IMG/VR virus record: IMGVR_UViG_3300044912_000678
Span: 12,364 to 76,363 of that record
Direction: 5' to 3' (one strand)
DNA: 64,000 bases
Source of the DNA: a virus
Under the pieces are notes generated by a model. It did not search any database, was not told where the DNA came from, and was given only the letters and a program-made list of their open reading frames with translations. Within the stretch, counting starts at the first letter, position 1, and each line of letters begins with the position of its first letter. Position numbers and translations under genes: made by a program. Below are positions 38,344-48,162 of this stretch, in pieces.

Positions 38344-39169
38344 TTTTTCCTTTTACTAATTTTCTAGCTATACGACCCCTTGGTTTTGCTTTTATTTCTT
38401 CTAAATGTTTTTGAACATGAGGACATCCATGTTTCGCAGCAACAGATGCAAGTTTTTTATATTTATCGTCAAACTGGTGACCGCCTTCAGATGTCCATGT
38501 TAAGCCAGCAATACTTCTTGCGTTATCTGCAATTATTCCGTCTTGCGATCCTCTTTTAAAAATTTCTTGTTCTGTCATAGGCTCTACTTCATAAGAGACT
38601 TTTTTTGGCAAAATTAAAATTTGTGCATATGGCTCGTCTTTTCTAAATATATATTTTTGTCCTTCAACTGGATTTTTGAAAACAACAAAAAATATTTTTG
38701 ACCACCAACTAGTTTGCAAATGCCCCGGAACTACACATGGAACAGTATTTGTTGTGTCGGTATAAAATCTTGGATGAGACTCCATTCTTAGTACATATCC
38801 ATCTGGAACTTGTATGTCTAAGCATGATGTCATTCCAAAATGACCATCAGCAAAACAAGCAAATGGAGGGAGATGAACTCCTTGTGATTTTGTAATTTCA
38901 TTTTCTGCTGCGAAATCACCTTCAAAATGCATCTTGCCATCACGCATTGTAGCGTGAAATTCCGTTTCAAACGGAAATGTTAATTCCATCCCATAAGTTG
39001 AACCATCGATAAATGGCTGGCAGTGCCATGGTTGTGCCTTACTTCCATTTGTGTGTGTGTGATCACAACCACTCCAGCCGGGAATTTGAAGTTTTATAGA
39101 TTTTGGTGGTTTTCCCAAATGCCATGTTCGACACTTAACTCTAATAGTTTCAGACATTTTTGGTGTCAC
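38297..39169 (-). CDS. DUF6065-like protein
   Basis: WHCQPF-DG-TYG-EL, VPDGY-L, VVPG-LQT-WW, FRKDEPYAQI. Confidence 0.5.
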   Translation of the reverse strand: MTPKMSETIRVKCRTWHLGKPPKSIKLQIPGWSGCDHTHTNGSKAQPWHCQPFIDGSTYGMELTFPFETEFHATMRDGKMHFEGDFAAENEITKSQGVHLPPFACFADGHFGMTSCLDIQVPDGYVLRMESHPRFYTDTTNTVPCVVPGHLQTSWWSKIFFVVFKNPVEGQKYIFRKDEPYAQILILPKKVSYEVEPMTEQEIFKRGSQDGIIADNARSIAGLTWTSEGGHQFDDKYKKLASVAAKHGCPHVQKHLEEIKAKPRGRIARKLVKGKNENPTIQTEKKDQEL

Positions 39170-39198
39170 ACTCCATAACTAGGTATAAAGGAAAAAAA

Positions 39199-40191
39199 AT
39201 GAACGATATTAATCATCCATCAAAAGGTCTCAATGAATGCAATGATAAAAGCCCTTTGAATTATAATGAAAATCTTGATTCATTTCCATCAAATTGCAAA
39301 CCCGGAGAAAATAATTCCAATTTTCGCCAAGTCAATGACGAATCATTGAATTGGCTTAAAGATACGACAAATAAAAAAGTTGGTTTGGGTGCTGCTGCAA
39401 ATTGTGATCCTATGCAGACTGGATCTATTTTAAATGATCCTAGTAAAACTAGTCGTGACACCATTTATCGTTATTCAAAAGCGAAGCGTGGTTGCGATGA
39501 TGCGATGAGAGACCTTTTTACAGATATTGTTGTTATTGATGAAAATGCAAAAGCTCATCCAATTCCAATTATTTGGGGTACACAAGAAAAAGCAGTTGCA
39601 GCAATTCTTTTAGACAATGTAAGAAAAGATGAAACATTAGTTGTTGATAGAATTAAATTACCGATGTTAGCAATTCATGATTCGGACATTCAGTTCAATA
39701 CAAGCAGATATACATATCACAAGGCTTTAGATTATAGAAGATATCTAAGAGAAGATAATAAGCCGGGATTTACAATTGATGAAAAATACAATAGAGACAC
39801 AGTGCTTGGATTTGCTCGTGGAATACCAGTAGATATTACATATACTCTTTATGCTTGGACATTATATGTCGAAGATATGAATCAAATTTTAGAACAAATT
39901 TTGTTAAAATTTAGTCAAACAGCATATATAAGCGTAACTGGCGTTCCGTATGAGATAATAGTAAAGCTTGATTCGATTGCTAATAATTTGGATTATGAAC
40001 CCGGAGATCAAGCAATCAGAGTTATAAAATATCAGTTTAATATGACAACTGAAACATATATACCTCAACCGATCACCAGACAAAAAGCCGTACTAAAAAC
40101 AAAAATTGATTTTGTTGATGGCTTAGAAGAAAACGAAATTCAGCAGGTTATGGCGAGATTGGAAGAAAGTGTAAAGGAACTTAAATGTTAG
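39199..40191 (+). CDS. T4 gp15-like tail terminator/sheath stabiliser
   Basis: IPIIWGTQEK, IKLPMLAI, PVDITYTLYAWT---EDMNQILEQILLKF; lies just upstream of the sheath gene. Confidence 0.75.
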   Translation: MNDINHPSKGLNECNDKSPLNYNENLDSFPSNCKPGENNSNFRQVNDESLNWLKDTTNKKVGLGAAANCDPMQTGSILNDPSKTSRDTIYRYSKAKRGCDDAMRDLFTDIVVIDENAKAHPIPIIWGTQEKAVAAILLDNVRKDETLVVDRIKLPMLAIHDSDIQFNTSRYTYHKALDYRRYLREDNKPGFTIDEKYNRDTVLGFARGIPVDITYTLYAWTLYVEDMNQILEQILLKFSQTAYISVTGVPYEIIVKLDSIANNLDYEPGDQAIRVIKYQFNMTTETYIPQPITRQKAVLKTKIDFVDGLEENEIQQVMARLEESVKELKC

Positions 40192-40412
40192 AAATTAAGA
40201 ACAAGCATAGATTTCCAGTTCAATTAATCATAAGGTCAAGGAAGGCTCCTCGTGCTTTCACAACTTTGAATATTCCGGGAATAGGTTGTGGAAAAAATAT
40301 TTTTTATTTAGAAGATGAACGAGCAACTGAATATATAGACAGAGCAGTAACTGACGGATTTATCTCTGTCAAGCATGTACCGAACAATATTTTGTTAAAA
40401 AAGGGAGAATAG
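40185..40412 (+). CDS. small hypothetical tail-region protein
   Basis: Coupled ORF between the gp15-like and sheath genes. Confidence 0.65.
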   Translation: MLEIKNKHRFPVQLIIRSRKAPRAFTTLNIPGIGCGKNIFYLEDERATEYIDRAVTDGFISVKHVPNNILLKKGE

Positions 40413-40415
40413 ACT

Positions 40416-42767
40416 ATGGCGATACTTAGAGGTTTTCCACCATCAAACACAATCAGTCCAAGTGTTCGCATTGCCGAAAAGGACTTGAGTTTTGTCGCAC
40501 CAGAGCAATCTTTGCACAGGGCGGCTTTAATTGGATTCGCAAGCAAAGGTCCAATTAATATTCCTACTATAATTGCAAGCCAAAGACAGCTTCGTAGAAC
40601 CTTTGGTAATCCTCATCCAGAAAATGGAGATCCATATCTTATCTACGCTGCAGAAAGTTATTTGCTTATTGCAAATGAATTGTATGTTGTTCGTGTTGCA
40701 GATACCGATCCAGTTAGCGATGAATCTGCGACTATGGCAGAAGTAGAAGTTCCTTCTGCTGGTACAATTATCGAAATTGTTTCTGATACTCCTTCACCAT
40801 ATGTTTTCGATCAAACTAGCTTTTTCCGTTGGAGACTTAATGGTGTACTCAGCGAAAGAACTTTGATAGTTGAAGAAAATGGCACAGGTTACGATACAGA
40901 TGAACTTGTAGAATTACTGAACGATCAAATTGATTTTCAGAATGATGGCATTCAATTTTTTGGTGGAGCAGATGATAATATAGGAATAAGAACTCTTTGG
41001 GCTTATGGTCCTTCTGCAGAACTTGAATTTGTTGCTGTACAGAACTCCATTTGTGGTTCCGAAGGATCTACTGGTCTTGGAACAGATATGTTAGTTGCTG
41101 AAATCCAAGGCACTGCGTCTCATTATCCCGATGTTACTTATACAACATCAGGGTATTATAACTTTGATGGATTAACTGGCATTACTCTCAATATCGTTGT
41201 TGATGGAACAGATAATGTTCTTATCGACAATGTAGTTCAAGTTATTGATCTTTCAGCCTTTGACGGCATGGGCGATGTAGATATTGATGATATCGTTACT
41301 GAAATCAATAGCCAAGTAGAAAGTGGAAGTCTTCCCGGTGGTTGGATAGCTTCTGTATTTGGAGGAACATCTTTGAAGTTTGAAACGCTTCATAGTGGTC
41401 GTGATGCTAGATTGCGTATTAAACCAGATAGCACTGGCGAACTTATATTCGGATTGCCGACAACAACCGCAAGTGGTGACACTCCTCCCGGCGATATGAG
41501 TGAGGCATCCCTTTGGACATTTGGTAGAGTGGCTGGCGATACCAATAACGATGGATCTATTTCTTTCTTGGTTACTGCAGACTCAGTTGGTATTGAAGGA
41601 AACTTCACTCAAGTTGTTGTTAAAAACAACACTCGTGACAGCAATTGGATTCTAGAAGTTTACAACAATGGAAATCAAGTAGAATCTTGGGGTCAACTCA
41701 CAAAAGATTCTGCAAGTACATTCTATATTGGAAGCTACTTATCTTTAGTATCTGATTATATTCGATCAGTAGACAACACAGATGTTCTTGCTGGACCCGC
41801 AGACGGAACATATACATTGTCTGGTGGTTCTGATGGTATTCCTTCAGATCCAGATTTACAAGATTCTTTATTGATCGGTAGTTCTGTTGGATACAGTGGT
41901 ATTTATGCTGTATCTGAATCTGAACAATATGACATCGATTTAATTGCGGTTCCCGGACATAGCAGCACGACTGTAGTGACAGAATTGCTTTACATGTGTC
42001 AAAATTTCCGCCAAGACTGCATGGCAATTATTGATGCTCCATTCGGCTTGACCGTAAATGAAATCATTGCATGGCAAAATGGAACTCATCCTTTAAACAC
42101 CACTAGATTCGATAGTGACTTTGGTGCGCTTTACTGGCCATGGGTTCGTATTCGTGACAACTTCAACAGAGTAGACATTTGGGCGCCACCTAGCGGATCT
42201 ATAATGGCAGTTTATGCACAGAGTGATCGCTTGGCTCGTCCTTGGTTTGCTCCTGCAGGTATCACCCGTGGTGTTGTTCCCGGTATTAATGATGTTTATT
42301 CTCGCCCTTCGCAAGAAGAAAGAGACTTGATGTATGGCTATAGGAACTGCATTAATCCTATCGTACAGTTTGTAGATACTGAAGGTTTCGTGGTTTGGGG
42401 TCAGAAAACTATGCAGAGAAGACCCACTGCTCTTGATCGTGTAAATGTAAGACGCTTAATGTTTTATATTGAAAAGCAAATCAAGGCTAAGTCACGAATT
42501 CTATTGTTTGAACCACATGATGAACAATTTAGAGCAGAGTTCATAAGAATTGCAACTTTAGTTCTTCAAGAGGTTCAGACTGACCGAGGTATTACAGCCT
42601 TTAAAATTAAGGCTGATGCCGAACTCAATACTTCCGATGTGATCGATAGGAATGAGTTTAGAGCAAGAATTGGTGTACAGCCAACAAGAGCAGTTGAATT
42701 CATGTTCCTTGAGTTCAGTATTCATCGAACCGGCAGTGACTTCACCGAAAGCACAGATGCATTCTAA
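40416..42767 (+). CDS. contractile tail sheath protein (T4 gp18-like)
   Basis: SPSVRIAEKDLS, KGPIN-P, YWPWV, PPSG, WFAPAG--RG, WGQKT, DRVNVRRL, FEPHD, PTRAVEF. Confidence 0.95.
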   Translation: MAILRGFPPSNTISPSVRIAEKDLSFVAPEQSLHRAALIGFASKGPINIPTIIASQRQLRRTFGNPHPENGDPYLIYAAESYLLIANELYVVRVADTDPVSDESATMAEVEVPSAGTIIEIVSDTPSPYVFDQTSFFRWRLNGVLSERTLIVEENGTGYDTDELVELLNDQIDFQNDGIQFFGGADDNIGIRTLWAYGPSAELEFVAVQNSICGSEGSTGLGTDMLVAEIQGTASHYPDVTYTTSGYYNFDGLTGITLNIVVDGTDNVLIDNVVQVIDLSAFDGMGDVDIDDIVTEINSQVESGSLPGGWIASVFGGTSLKFETLHSGRDARLRIKPDSTGELIFGLPTTTASGDTPPGDMSEASLWTFGRVAGDTNNDGSISFLVTADSVGIEGNFTQVVVKNNTRDSNWILEVYNNGNQVESWGQLTKDSASTFYIGSYLSLVSDYIRSVDNTDVLAGPADGTYTLSGGSDGIPSDPDLQDSLLIGSSVGYSGIYAVSESEQYDIDLIAVPGHSSTTVVTELLYMCQNFRQDCMAIIDAPFGLTVNEIIAWQNGTHPLNTTRFDSDFGALYWPWVRIRDNFNRVDIWAPPSGSIMAVYAQSDRLARPWFAPAGITRGVVPGINDVYSRPSQEERDLMYGYRNCINPIVQFVDTEGFVVWGQKTMQRRPTALDRVNVRRLMFYIEKQIKAKSRILLFEPHDEQFRAEFIRIATLVLQEVQTDRGITAFKIKADAELNTSDVIDRNEFRARIGVQPTRAVEFMFLEFSIHRTGSDFTESTDAF

Positions 42768-42789
42768 TTTTTGAAAGGGGAATTAAAAA

Positions 42790-43374
42790 ATGGCACAGTT
42801 AATGCACTTAAATGAGTTGGCTACAAACACCAACTTGGTATTCAAAAGAAAATATAGATGGACATTCGAAGTTCAGTGGAACGGCAAAAAGGTCGGCAAA
42901 AACTTTGTAAAGTTGGCTAGTCGTCCTAATTTAACAATCGAAGAAACTGAAATCAACTACTTGCACGGAAAAATGTGGATTCCGGGCAAGGCAAGTTGGG
43001 AAACCATCACTGTAACCTATTATGATGTTGCTCGCTCAACAGGCAACGGCATGACAGATCTTTACAGCTGGTTAGCTTCGATCTATAATTTTCAAGATCA
43101 AGGCGAAAAGATGATGCAGCAGACCACCGTCCAAGGTGATGGTAATAATGGTGGTTGGGCTGGCAAAGGTACTTTGCTTATGTATGATGGTTGCGGAACA
43201 GAACTCGAATCTTGGGAACTTCGAGGCGTTTGGCCATCAGCCGTAAACTTTGGCGATCTCGACTATAGTTCTTCTGAAGAAGCAACTATCGAGTTGACCC
43301 TTAGATATTACCAAGCTATATACAACAATCTTTGTGGAACGAATCCTCAACCACAATGCATAGGTTGTTCATAA
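42790..43374 (+). CDS. tail tube protein (T4 gp19-like)
   Basis: KRKYRW, RP-LTIEE, PGK-SWETIT-TYYD, WEL-GVWP-AVNFGDLDYSS---IELTLRY. Confidence 0.9.
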   Translation: MAQLMHLNELATNTNLVFKRKYRWTFEVQWNGKKVGKNFVKLASRPNLTIEETEINYLHGKMWIPGKASWETITVTYYDVARSTGNGMTDLYSWLASIYNFQDQGEKMMQQTTVQGDGNNGGWAGKGTLLMYDGCGTELESWELRGVWPSAVNFGDLDYSSSEEATIELTLRYYQAIYNNLCGTNPQPQCIGCS

Positions 43375-43397
43375 TAATAATCCTTTCAAAAATTGTA

Positions 43398-43433
43398 AAG
43401 CTCCGAATCTTATAAAGATACGGAGCTTTATTT
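43398..43433 (+). terminator. hairpin between the two tube genes
   Basis: AAGCTCCG-ATCTT/AAGAT-CGGAGCTT followed by a T-rich stretch. Confidence 0.6.
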
Positions 43434-43448
43434 TCATAAGAGGCGATA

Positions 43449-43961
43449 ATGGCACAAAGAATGAGTTTTGATTTCGGATTGGACAAAACAACCGCTTGCT
43501 TCAAACGCAAGTATAGATGGCTTTTAAAAATTGATGGTGTTTCGGCAGAAGGAATTGATGCTTTGCCTCCAACCAAATCTGGTCGTCCAAGCTTAACATT
43601 TAAAAGCATGGAAGCACAACATTTTCATGAAACCATTTATTTTCCCGGCAAACCAGATTGGAAACCTATAAATTTAACTTTATTTGATTTAAAAAAAAAC
43701 AAACATCCAGTAATAGAATGGATCAATGAATATTACGAAGTAAATTCTTCTGGTGTCAAACTTAAAACTGCGACCAATGGATTTAAAAAACAAGGAAAAT
43801 TAGAACTATATGATGGCTGTGGCGAAATAATAGAAAAGTGGATATTTGAAAACATGTATCCAGAAACAGTAGAATTCGGTGAATTAGATCACAGCGATTC
43901 AAATATAATTTATGTAGATCTTAGCTTAAGATACGACAGAGCTTATTATGAGCCAGTTTAA
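43449..43961 (+). CDS. second tail tube-like protein (gp19 paralogue)
   Basis: FKRKYRW, PGKPDWKPI-LT-FD, LYDGCGE--E-W, FGELD-S, LRYDRA. Confidence 0.85.
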   Translation: MAQRMSFDFGLDKTTACFKRKYRWLLKIDGVSAEGIDALPPTKSGRPSLTFKSMEAQHFHETIYFPGKPDWKPINLTLFDLKKNKHPVIEWINEYYEVNSSGVKLKTATNGFKKQGKLELYDGCGEIIEKWIFENMYPETVEFGELDHSDSNIIYVDLSLRYDRAYYEPV

Positions 43962-44215
43962 TCTTCTTCTGGATCTGTTGAGCTACTAAAATAAAGATCA
44001 TTCTTTAAAATTTCTCTACACTCTTCAAGTGCCTGTTCGAGTTCTTTTGGTTTCCATCCCAAAACTCGACACGCACCACTCTTGTTGAGTCTTCCCTTTT
44101 TAGTGTACACATCTTTTTCATTTTCAAGAAGTGCATCTATAAGTGGTGCATATCCCTTTTCCATTAATTTTTGTATAAGTTCTTGTTTTTCTAATTGCTC
44201 AATAAGATTGCTCAT
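43958..44215 (-). CDS. small HTH-like protein
   Basis: RLNKSGACRVLGWKPKELEQAL. Confidence 0.6.
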   Translation of the reverse strand: MSNLIEQLEKQELIQKLMEKGYAPLIDALLENEKDVYTKKGRLNKSGACRVLGWKPKELEQALEECREILKNDLYFSSSTDPEED

Positions 44216-44256
44216 ATGTTACCTAAATTAAGTGGCGTACAATATCCACTATTAAA

Positions 44257-44285
44257 ATTATAAGTATGCTGGAAATATTTTTCAA
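44257..44285 (-). promoter_or_regulatory. sigma70-like promoter
   Basis: TTGAAA-N17-TATAAT on the reverse strand, upstream of 44215. Confidence 0.6.
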
Positions 44286-44300
44286 GCAATCAAATAAAAG

Positions 44301-44837
44301 TTACCTATCATTTGATTGATAATTTTTATATGTTCCTTTAATCTGTCTCTGGCTCTGTTCCATGCTCACGCTTAAGTGATCTTGATATTTTTTTTTAAGT
44401 TCATTGTAATTTCTTGCTGTTCTATACAATTGTCTGAAGTGATTGATAATGCAAGTTGTCATATAGTTGAATGCTTTTCCTTTACTTGGATCAAATCTAT
44501 CAACTTTTTCAAAGCATATGAGAACACCTTCTTGAACTGCATCATCTGGATCAATAAGGTTAAATTTTCTATATCTAACAATATTTTCCGACAATAAATA
44601 AAAAGCAGTGGTCAATTTATCTTTTAATTTGTTGTATTCTGCAAAATAAAATTGGAATTCTCTTTCATAAGAATCCCAAGATTCTGGTCTTACAAAATTA
44701 TCTCTTTTAGATGTTCTTTCTTCTGTAGCTTTTATTTCTTCTATAAGTGTTTCGAATTTTACTTTATTTCTTTTAATTTTTATAAATTCAGAAATAATGA
44801 CTTCAAAATTTTTGTTATTTAGATATTCATTAGCCAT
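44301..44837 (-). CDS. late-transcription sigma factor (T4 gp55-like)
   Basis: EYLNNK-F, DDAVQEG---C---DRFDP-KG-AFNY-T--I-N-F; region 2 present, no region 4. Confidence 0.8.
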   Translation of the reverse strand: MANEYLNNKNFEVIISEFIKIKRNKVKFETLIEEIKATEERTSKRDNFVRPESWDSYEREFQFYFAEYNKLKDKLTTAFYLLSENIVRYRKFNLIDPDDAVQEGVLICFEKVDRFDPSKGKAFNYMTTCIINHFRQLYRTARNYNELKKKYQDHLSVSMEQSQRQIKGTYKNYQSNDR

Positions 44838-45735
44838 TAAGTTCCTTAGATTTTAAATGAATGTTCATGTTATTTTCTTTCTTCCATTCTTCAATTCGTT
44901 CAAGAGCTTCTTTTTTGGCATCTTCATACCATTTGTCGCATATCTTATAGTAGGAACGACTATACAATTTTCCTGATGTAAAACTTCTAAAGTGATCAAT
45001 ATTATCATCTAATGTTCTTTTGAAATTTTCTTCTTTGCCAATTAAGTGTGGTTCAATTTTGTGTGATCTTAAAATATAATTACCCAACAACTCCGTATCT
45101 GGCCAACAAGGTCGTCTTGGATCTGGTATTGGATCTTTGATATTAAATATGTTGCAAAGTCTGCGTAAACTCCATCCAAAGCCGATTATATCCATTGTTG
45201 GAATGTGGTACATGGTAGCGGTATGAGAAACCATTCCCTTCCAATCTTCGTGCGCTCTAGGCGATATTTCATATCCAACAACTGGAGAATTTGTTTTGCA
45301 CAAATCGATCATCTCATTTAAAAGTGTTTTTTTTCTTAAAAAAACATCAGAATGAGTGGCAAATAAATATTCAGTTCGACAGCATGAAAATGCTAAATCC
45401 ATGGCAATAGCTGGAAAGTCACTTGGATGGAGAACGCCATTAAATTTCAAACTGTGAACCTCAACATCATCATTCCTTAAGCCACATATCTTTTTGTATT
45501 CTTCTTCATTGCTACCAGTATCTACAATTACAACAAATGGCTTTGATGATTGTTCTTTCAACAGTTGAATACATATGTTAAGTTGTTCGAATGTATCCAT
45601 GACTGGAATAACCGCTGTAACTTTGTGATGCCAAGGTTTTTTTTCGATACTTCCTTCCCATGGTTTCTTTAGCGTAAGGACATTACGAGTAGGAGCGAAT
45701 TTGTTGAAAATATCTGATATAATGTTAGGAATCAT
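44830..45735 (-). CDS. GT2-like glycosyltransferase
   Basis: VTAVIPV, IVDTGS, AMDLA, THSD. Confidence 0.7.
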   Translation of the reverse strand: MIPNIISDIFNKFAPTRNVLTLKKPWEGSIEKKPWHHKVTAVIPVMDTFEQLNICIQLLKEQSSKPFVVIVDTGSNEEEYKKICGLRNDDVEVHSLKFNGVLHPSDFPAIAMDLAFSCCRTEYLFATHSDVFLRKKTLLNEMIDLCKTNSPVVGYEISPRAHEDWKGMVSHTATMYHIPTMDIIGFGWSLRRLCNIFNIKDPIPDPRRPCWPDTELLGNYILRSHKIEPHLIGKEENFKRTLDDNIDHFRSFTSGKLYSRSYYKICDKWYEDAKKEALERIEEWKKENNMNIHLKSKELNG

Positions 45736-45883
45736 TGAAAATCCTCATTCGCCAAAGTATTACAAAGAATTATGTCTGTATTATAATCATATTGGAAGGT
45801 ACAACGAAGCCGAAGCCATTATACATTTAATTGAAACGAAATTTAATGAAAAATTTCACATTCGTAATAACATGCAGAAATAA
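45722..45883 (+). CDS. small TPR-like helical protein
   Basis: ENPHSPKYYKELCLYYNHIGRYNEAEAI; overlaps the start of the GT2-TPR gene. Confidence 0.45.
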   Translation: MLGIIENPHSPKYYKELCLYYNHIGRYNEAEAIIHLIETKFNEKFHIRNNMQK

Positions 45884-46802
45884 TGAATCTACACTTGCCG
45901 AGTGTATTGATTCATGTAAGAAATTAGATTCCGAAATACTTATTGCTGACATAAACAGTTCGGATAAATCTTCTGATATCATCGAAAAGATTGGATGCAA
46001 GACTATATTCTTTGGATTTCACAACGATTACGCAAAAATAAAAAACAAAATTATAAATCAATGCGAAACAGAATGGATGATGTTTTTAAATGCCAATGAA
46101 ATTATATTAAAAGGTTTAGATAAAATACAAGAATATATTGAAGGTAAAGATTGCAGAAGAATAAGTGTCATACAAGAACAGGTTATTACAAAACCAATTC
46201 GTTTGATAAATAAATCAAATAATTGTATTTTTTCAAATCCAGTATTCGAACACATATCTCATTCTTCTAAACATAGTGATATATTCGTGAAATCTCAAAC
46301 AATTGATCGTTATGAAGAGAACATGGAGATCATAAAAAATTGGATGAGAGAAAAGCCACTAGTGGCACAAACTCACTATTACTTGAGTTGTATTTATCTT
46401 GGAAAAAATAAATGGAATGATTTCATTAGAACTGCCAATCATTATTTGTTTTTAGAAAAGAACAAACCTATGTCATATTTTATGACAAAATATTATCTTG
46501 CAATGATTTATGCATATGTTGAAAAGAATTACAAATTAGCATCACAAATCTTGTTTGAAATTATTATAGAAAAGCCTCTGATGGCTGAATATTGGTGTTT
46601 GCTAGGAGACATATATTATTCCTTAGATAAATTTGAAAAAGCATTTCATTTTTATGAAAATGCAATGCTTTTAGGTTCACGAAGACTTAAGGATGATGAA
46701 TTTCCATTCCATATTGAAAAATATAAAAAGCATCCAGAAGAAATGATGTTAAATTGTAAAAATGTTATAAATTCCTCTAAATTGTATAAGTCTAATAAAT
46801 AA
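45846..46802 (+). CDS. GT2 glycosyltransferase with C-terminal TPRs
   Basis: RNNE--L--CI-S, D--SSD-S, FLNANE, VFEH; TPR motif AEYWCLLGDIYY. Confidence 0.8.
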   Translation: MKNFTFVITCRNNESTLAECIDSCKKLDSEILIADINSSDKSSDIIEKIGCKTIFFGFHNDYAKIKNKIINQCETEWMMFLNANEIILKGLDKIQEYIEGKDCRRISVIQEQVITKPIRLINKSNNCIFSNPVFEHISHSSKHSDIFVKSQTIDRYEENMEIIKNWMREKPLVAQTHYYLSCIYLGKNKWNDFIRTANHYLFLEKNKPMSYFMTKYYLAMIYAYVEKNYKLASQILFEIIIEKPLMAEYWCLLGDIYYSLDKFEKAFHFYENAMLLGSRRLKDDEFPFHIEKYKKHPEEMMLNCKNVINSSKLYKSNK

Positions 46803-47178
46803 CATCTAAATCATTCACAATAACAGTAACTTGGTCTTCGTATCTTGATATCGCAATTTGTTTTCTTCCAACTCCAAGTTTTCTCAAATGACCTTCAAGA
46901 TCATCTACAGAACAATTTATAACTGAAAATTTATTCTGTGCGAGTCTTTTTACTTCTTCTTGAATATTACTAATTTCACGATTTGGAAAATACTGTTTTA
47001 TTTGATCGGAACAATCAGATAAAATTTTTCGATACAATGGCATGTTGCATGCACATCCGGGGTTTTTTAAAAATTTATGTACTTCTTCCATCATGTCTGG
47101 TGGTAAAGTATCTCTAAATCTTGAATCCTTAAGTGCTTGCTTAATATCCAGAAGAGTTATCGTCTTGTTTTGGCTCAT
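46792..47178 (-). CDS. hypothetical protein
   Basis: 128-aa ORF with NPGCACN; GAGG RBS. Confidence 0.65.
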   Translation of the reverse strand: MSQNKTITLLDIKQALKDSRFRDTLPPDMMEEVHKFLKNPGCACNMPLYRKILSDCSDQIKQYFPNREISNIQEEVKRLAQNKFSVINCSVDDLEGHLRKLGVGRKQIAISRYEDQVTVIVNDLDVIY

Positions 47179-47404
47179 TGTACCTCATTATAAATGTAAT
47201 GTGACCACATTTTGGACATTTGATTTTTGATTTTCCTTTTTTTTGCTTAGGTGTTTCTATTTTCTTTGTAAAAGGATTCAATATTGGTATTCCAGATTGT
47301 ATATCAACACTTTTTTGGAGAGAAAGATCTTTCACATCTTCATCTCCAAATATTTTTTTATAGTGACATGTCTGACAATAGATTTGATACTTATATATTT
47401 TCAT
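47141..47404 (-). CDS. zinc-ribbon protein
   Basis: CQTC...CPKCG. Confidence 0.65.
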   Translation of the reverse strand: MKIYKYQIYCQTCHYKKIFGDEDVKDLSLQKSVDIQSGIPILNPFTKKIETPKQKKGKSKIKCPKCGHITFIMRYNEPKQDDNSSGY

Positions 47405-47744
47405 TTTTTTGTTCTGGTAAATTAATTATGGTTGCTGATTCGATATAATTCAAAATCATTGCAGCCAAATTTGAAAGAAATCCGCCAGCACAACCACAGG
47501 CGAATGTTGTCAAGATGCTAAGAGTTATATTGTTTATAAAATATCCATAAACAATATATCCCATAAAAAATCCAGCCCATGTTCCAGAACACATGTAGCA
47601 TTCGACAATTTCGCCAAGTTTTGGCAAATTAATCTTTTTCGTAAATGACTTCACAAAATCTCTAAATGATTCGAGAATTGATCCATCCACAATAATATGA
47701 GCCATTCCAATAGATCCAAAAGCAAACAAAAGAAAATTTTCCAT
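47391..47744 (-). CDS. DUF1360-like membrane protein
   Basis: Several TM segments; I-E-FR, ECYMCSGTWAG. Confidence 0.6.
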   Translation of the reverse strand: MENFLLFAFGSIGMAHIIVDGSILESFRDFVKSFTKKINLPKLGEIVECYMCSGTWAGFFMGYIVYGYFINNITLSILTTFACGCAGGFLSNLAAMILNYIESATIINLPEQKNENI

Positions 47745-47746
47745 TA

Positions 47747-48109
47747 TCATCTCCAAGTGGTTATAAAAACTGTGTTTCCACGCCTTGTCAAACAAAAATC
47801 ATTAAAGCTATCAAACTTACAAATTTTTTCTTCCAATTCATCAATATTAAATGAAAAGCTTTCAGTCAACTTGTCACTCATCTTGTCAATAAAAATAGGT
47901 TCTCCAAAAAAAGATGCTAATTTCTCAACAGACTCTTCTTTAATGTTATTTAAGAAATCTAGTATAGCCCTTTTTCCTAAATCTCTCAACCCCGGAACTC
48001 TTATTGATAGCAACCAATTATTATAACATTGACTTAATTCTGGTATATGTTGCCATACTTTTGAATTATAAAAAATTATTTCTTCGATATTTTGAAAATT
48101 TATTTTCAT
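47747..48109 (-). CDS. hypothetical protein
   Basis: Probable start MKINFQNIEE. Confidence 0.6.
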   Translation of the reverse strand: MKINFQNIEEIIFYNSKVWQHIPELSQCYNNWLLSIRVPGLRDLGKRAILDFLNNIKEESVEKLASFFGEPIFIDKMSDKLTESFSFNIDELEEKICKFDSFNDFCLTRRGNTVFITTWR

Positions 48110-48162
48110 ACACACTATTTTAAAGGCAAAGGTGAATTTTAGCAACAACATAGGAGTCAATA

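Noticed and set aside
39199-43961. Extracellular contractile injection system or tailocin (sheath plus two tubes)
   Set aside because: Neck proteins, a late sigma factor, gp46/47-like genes and RNR indicate a true myophage
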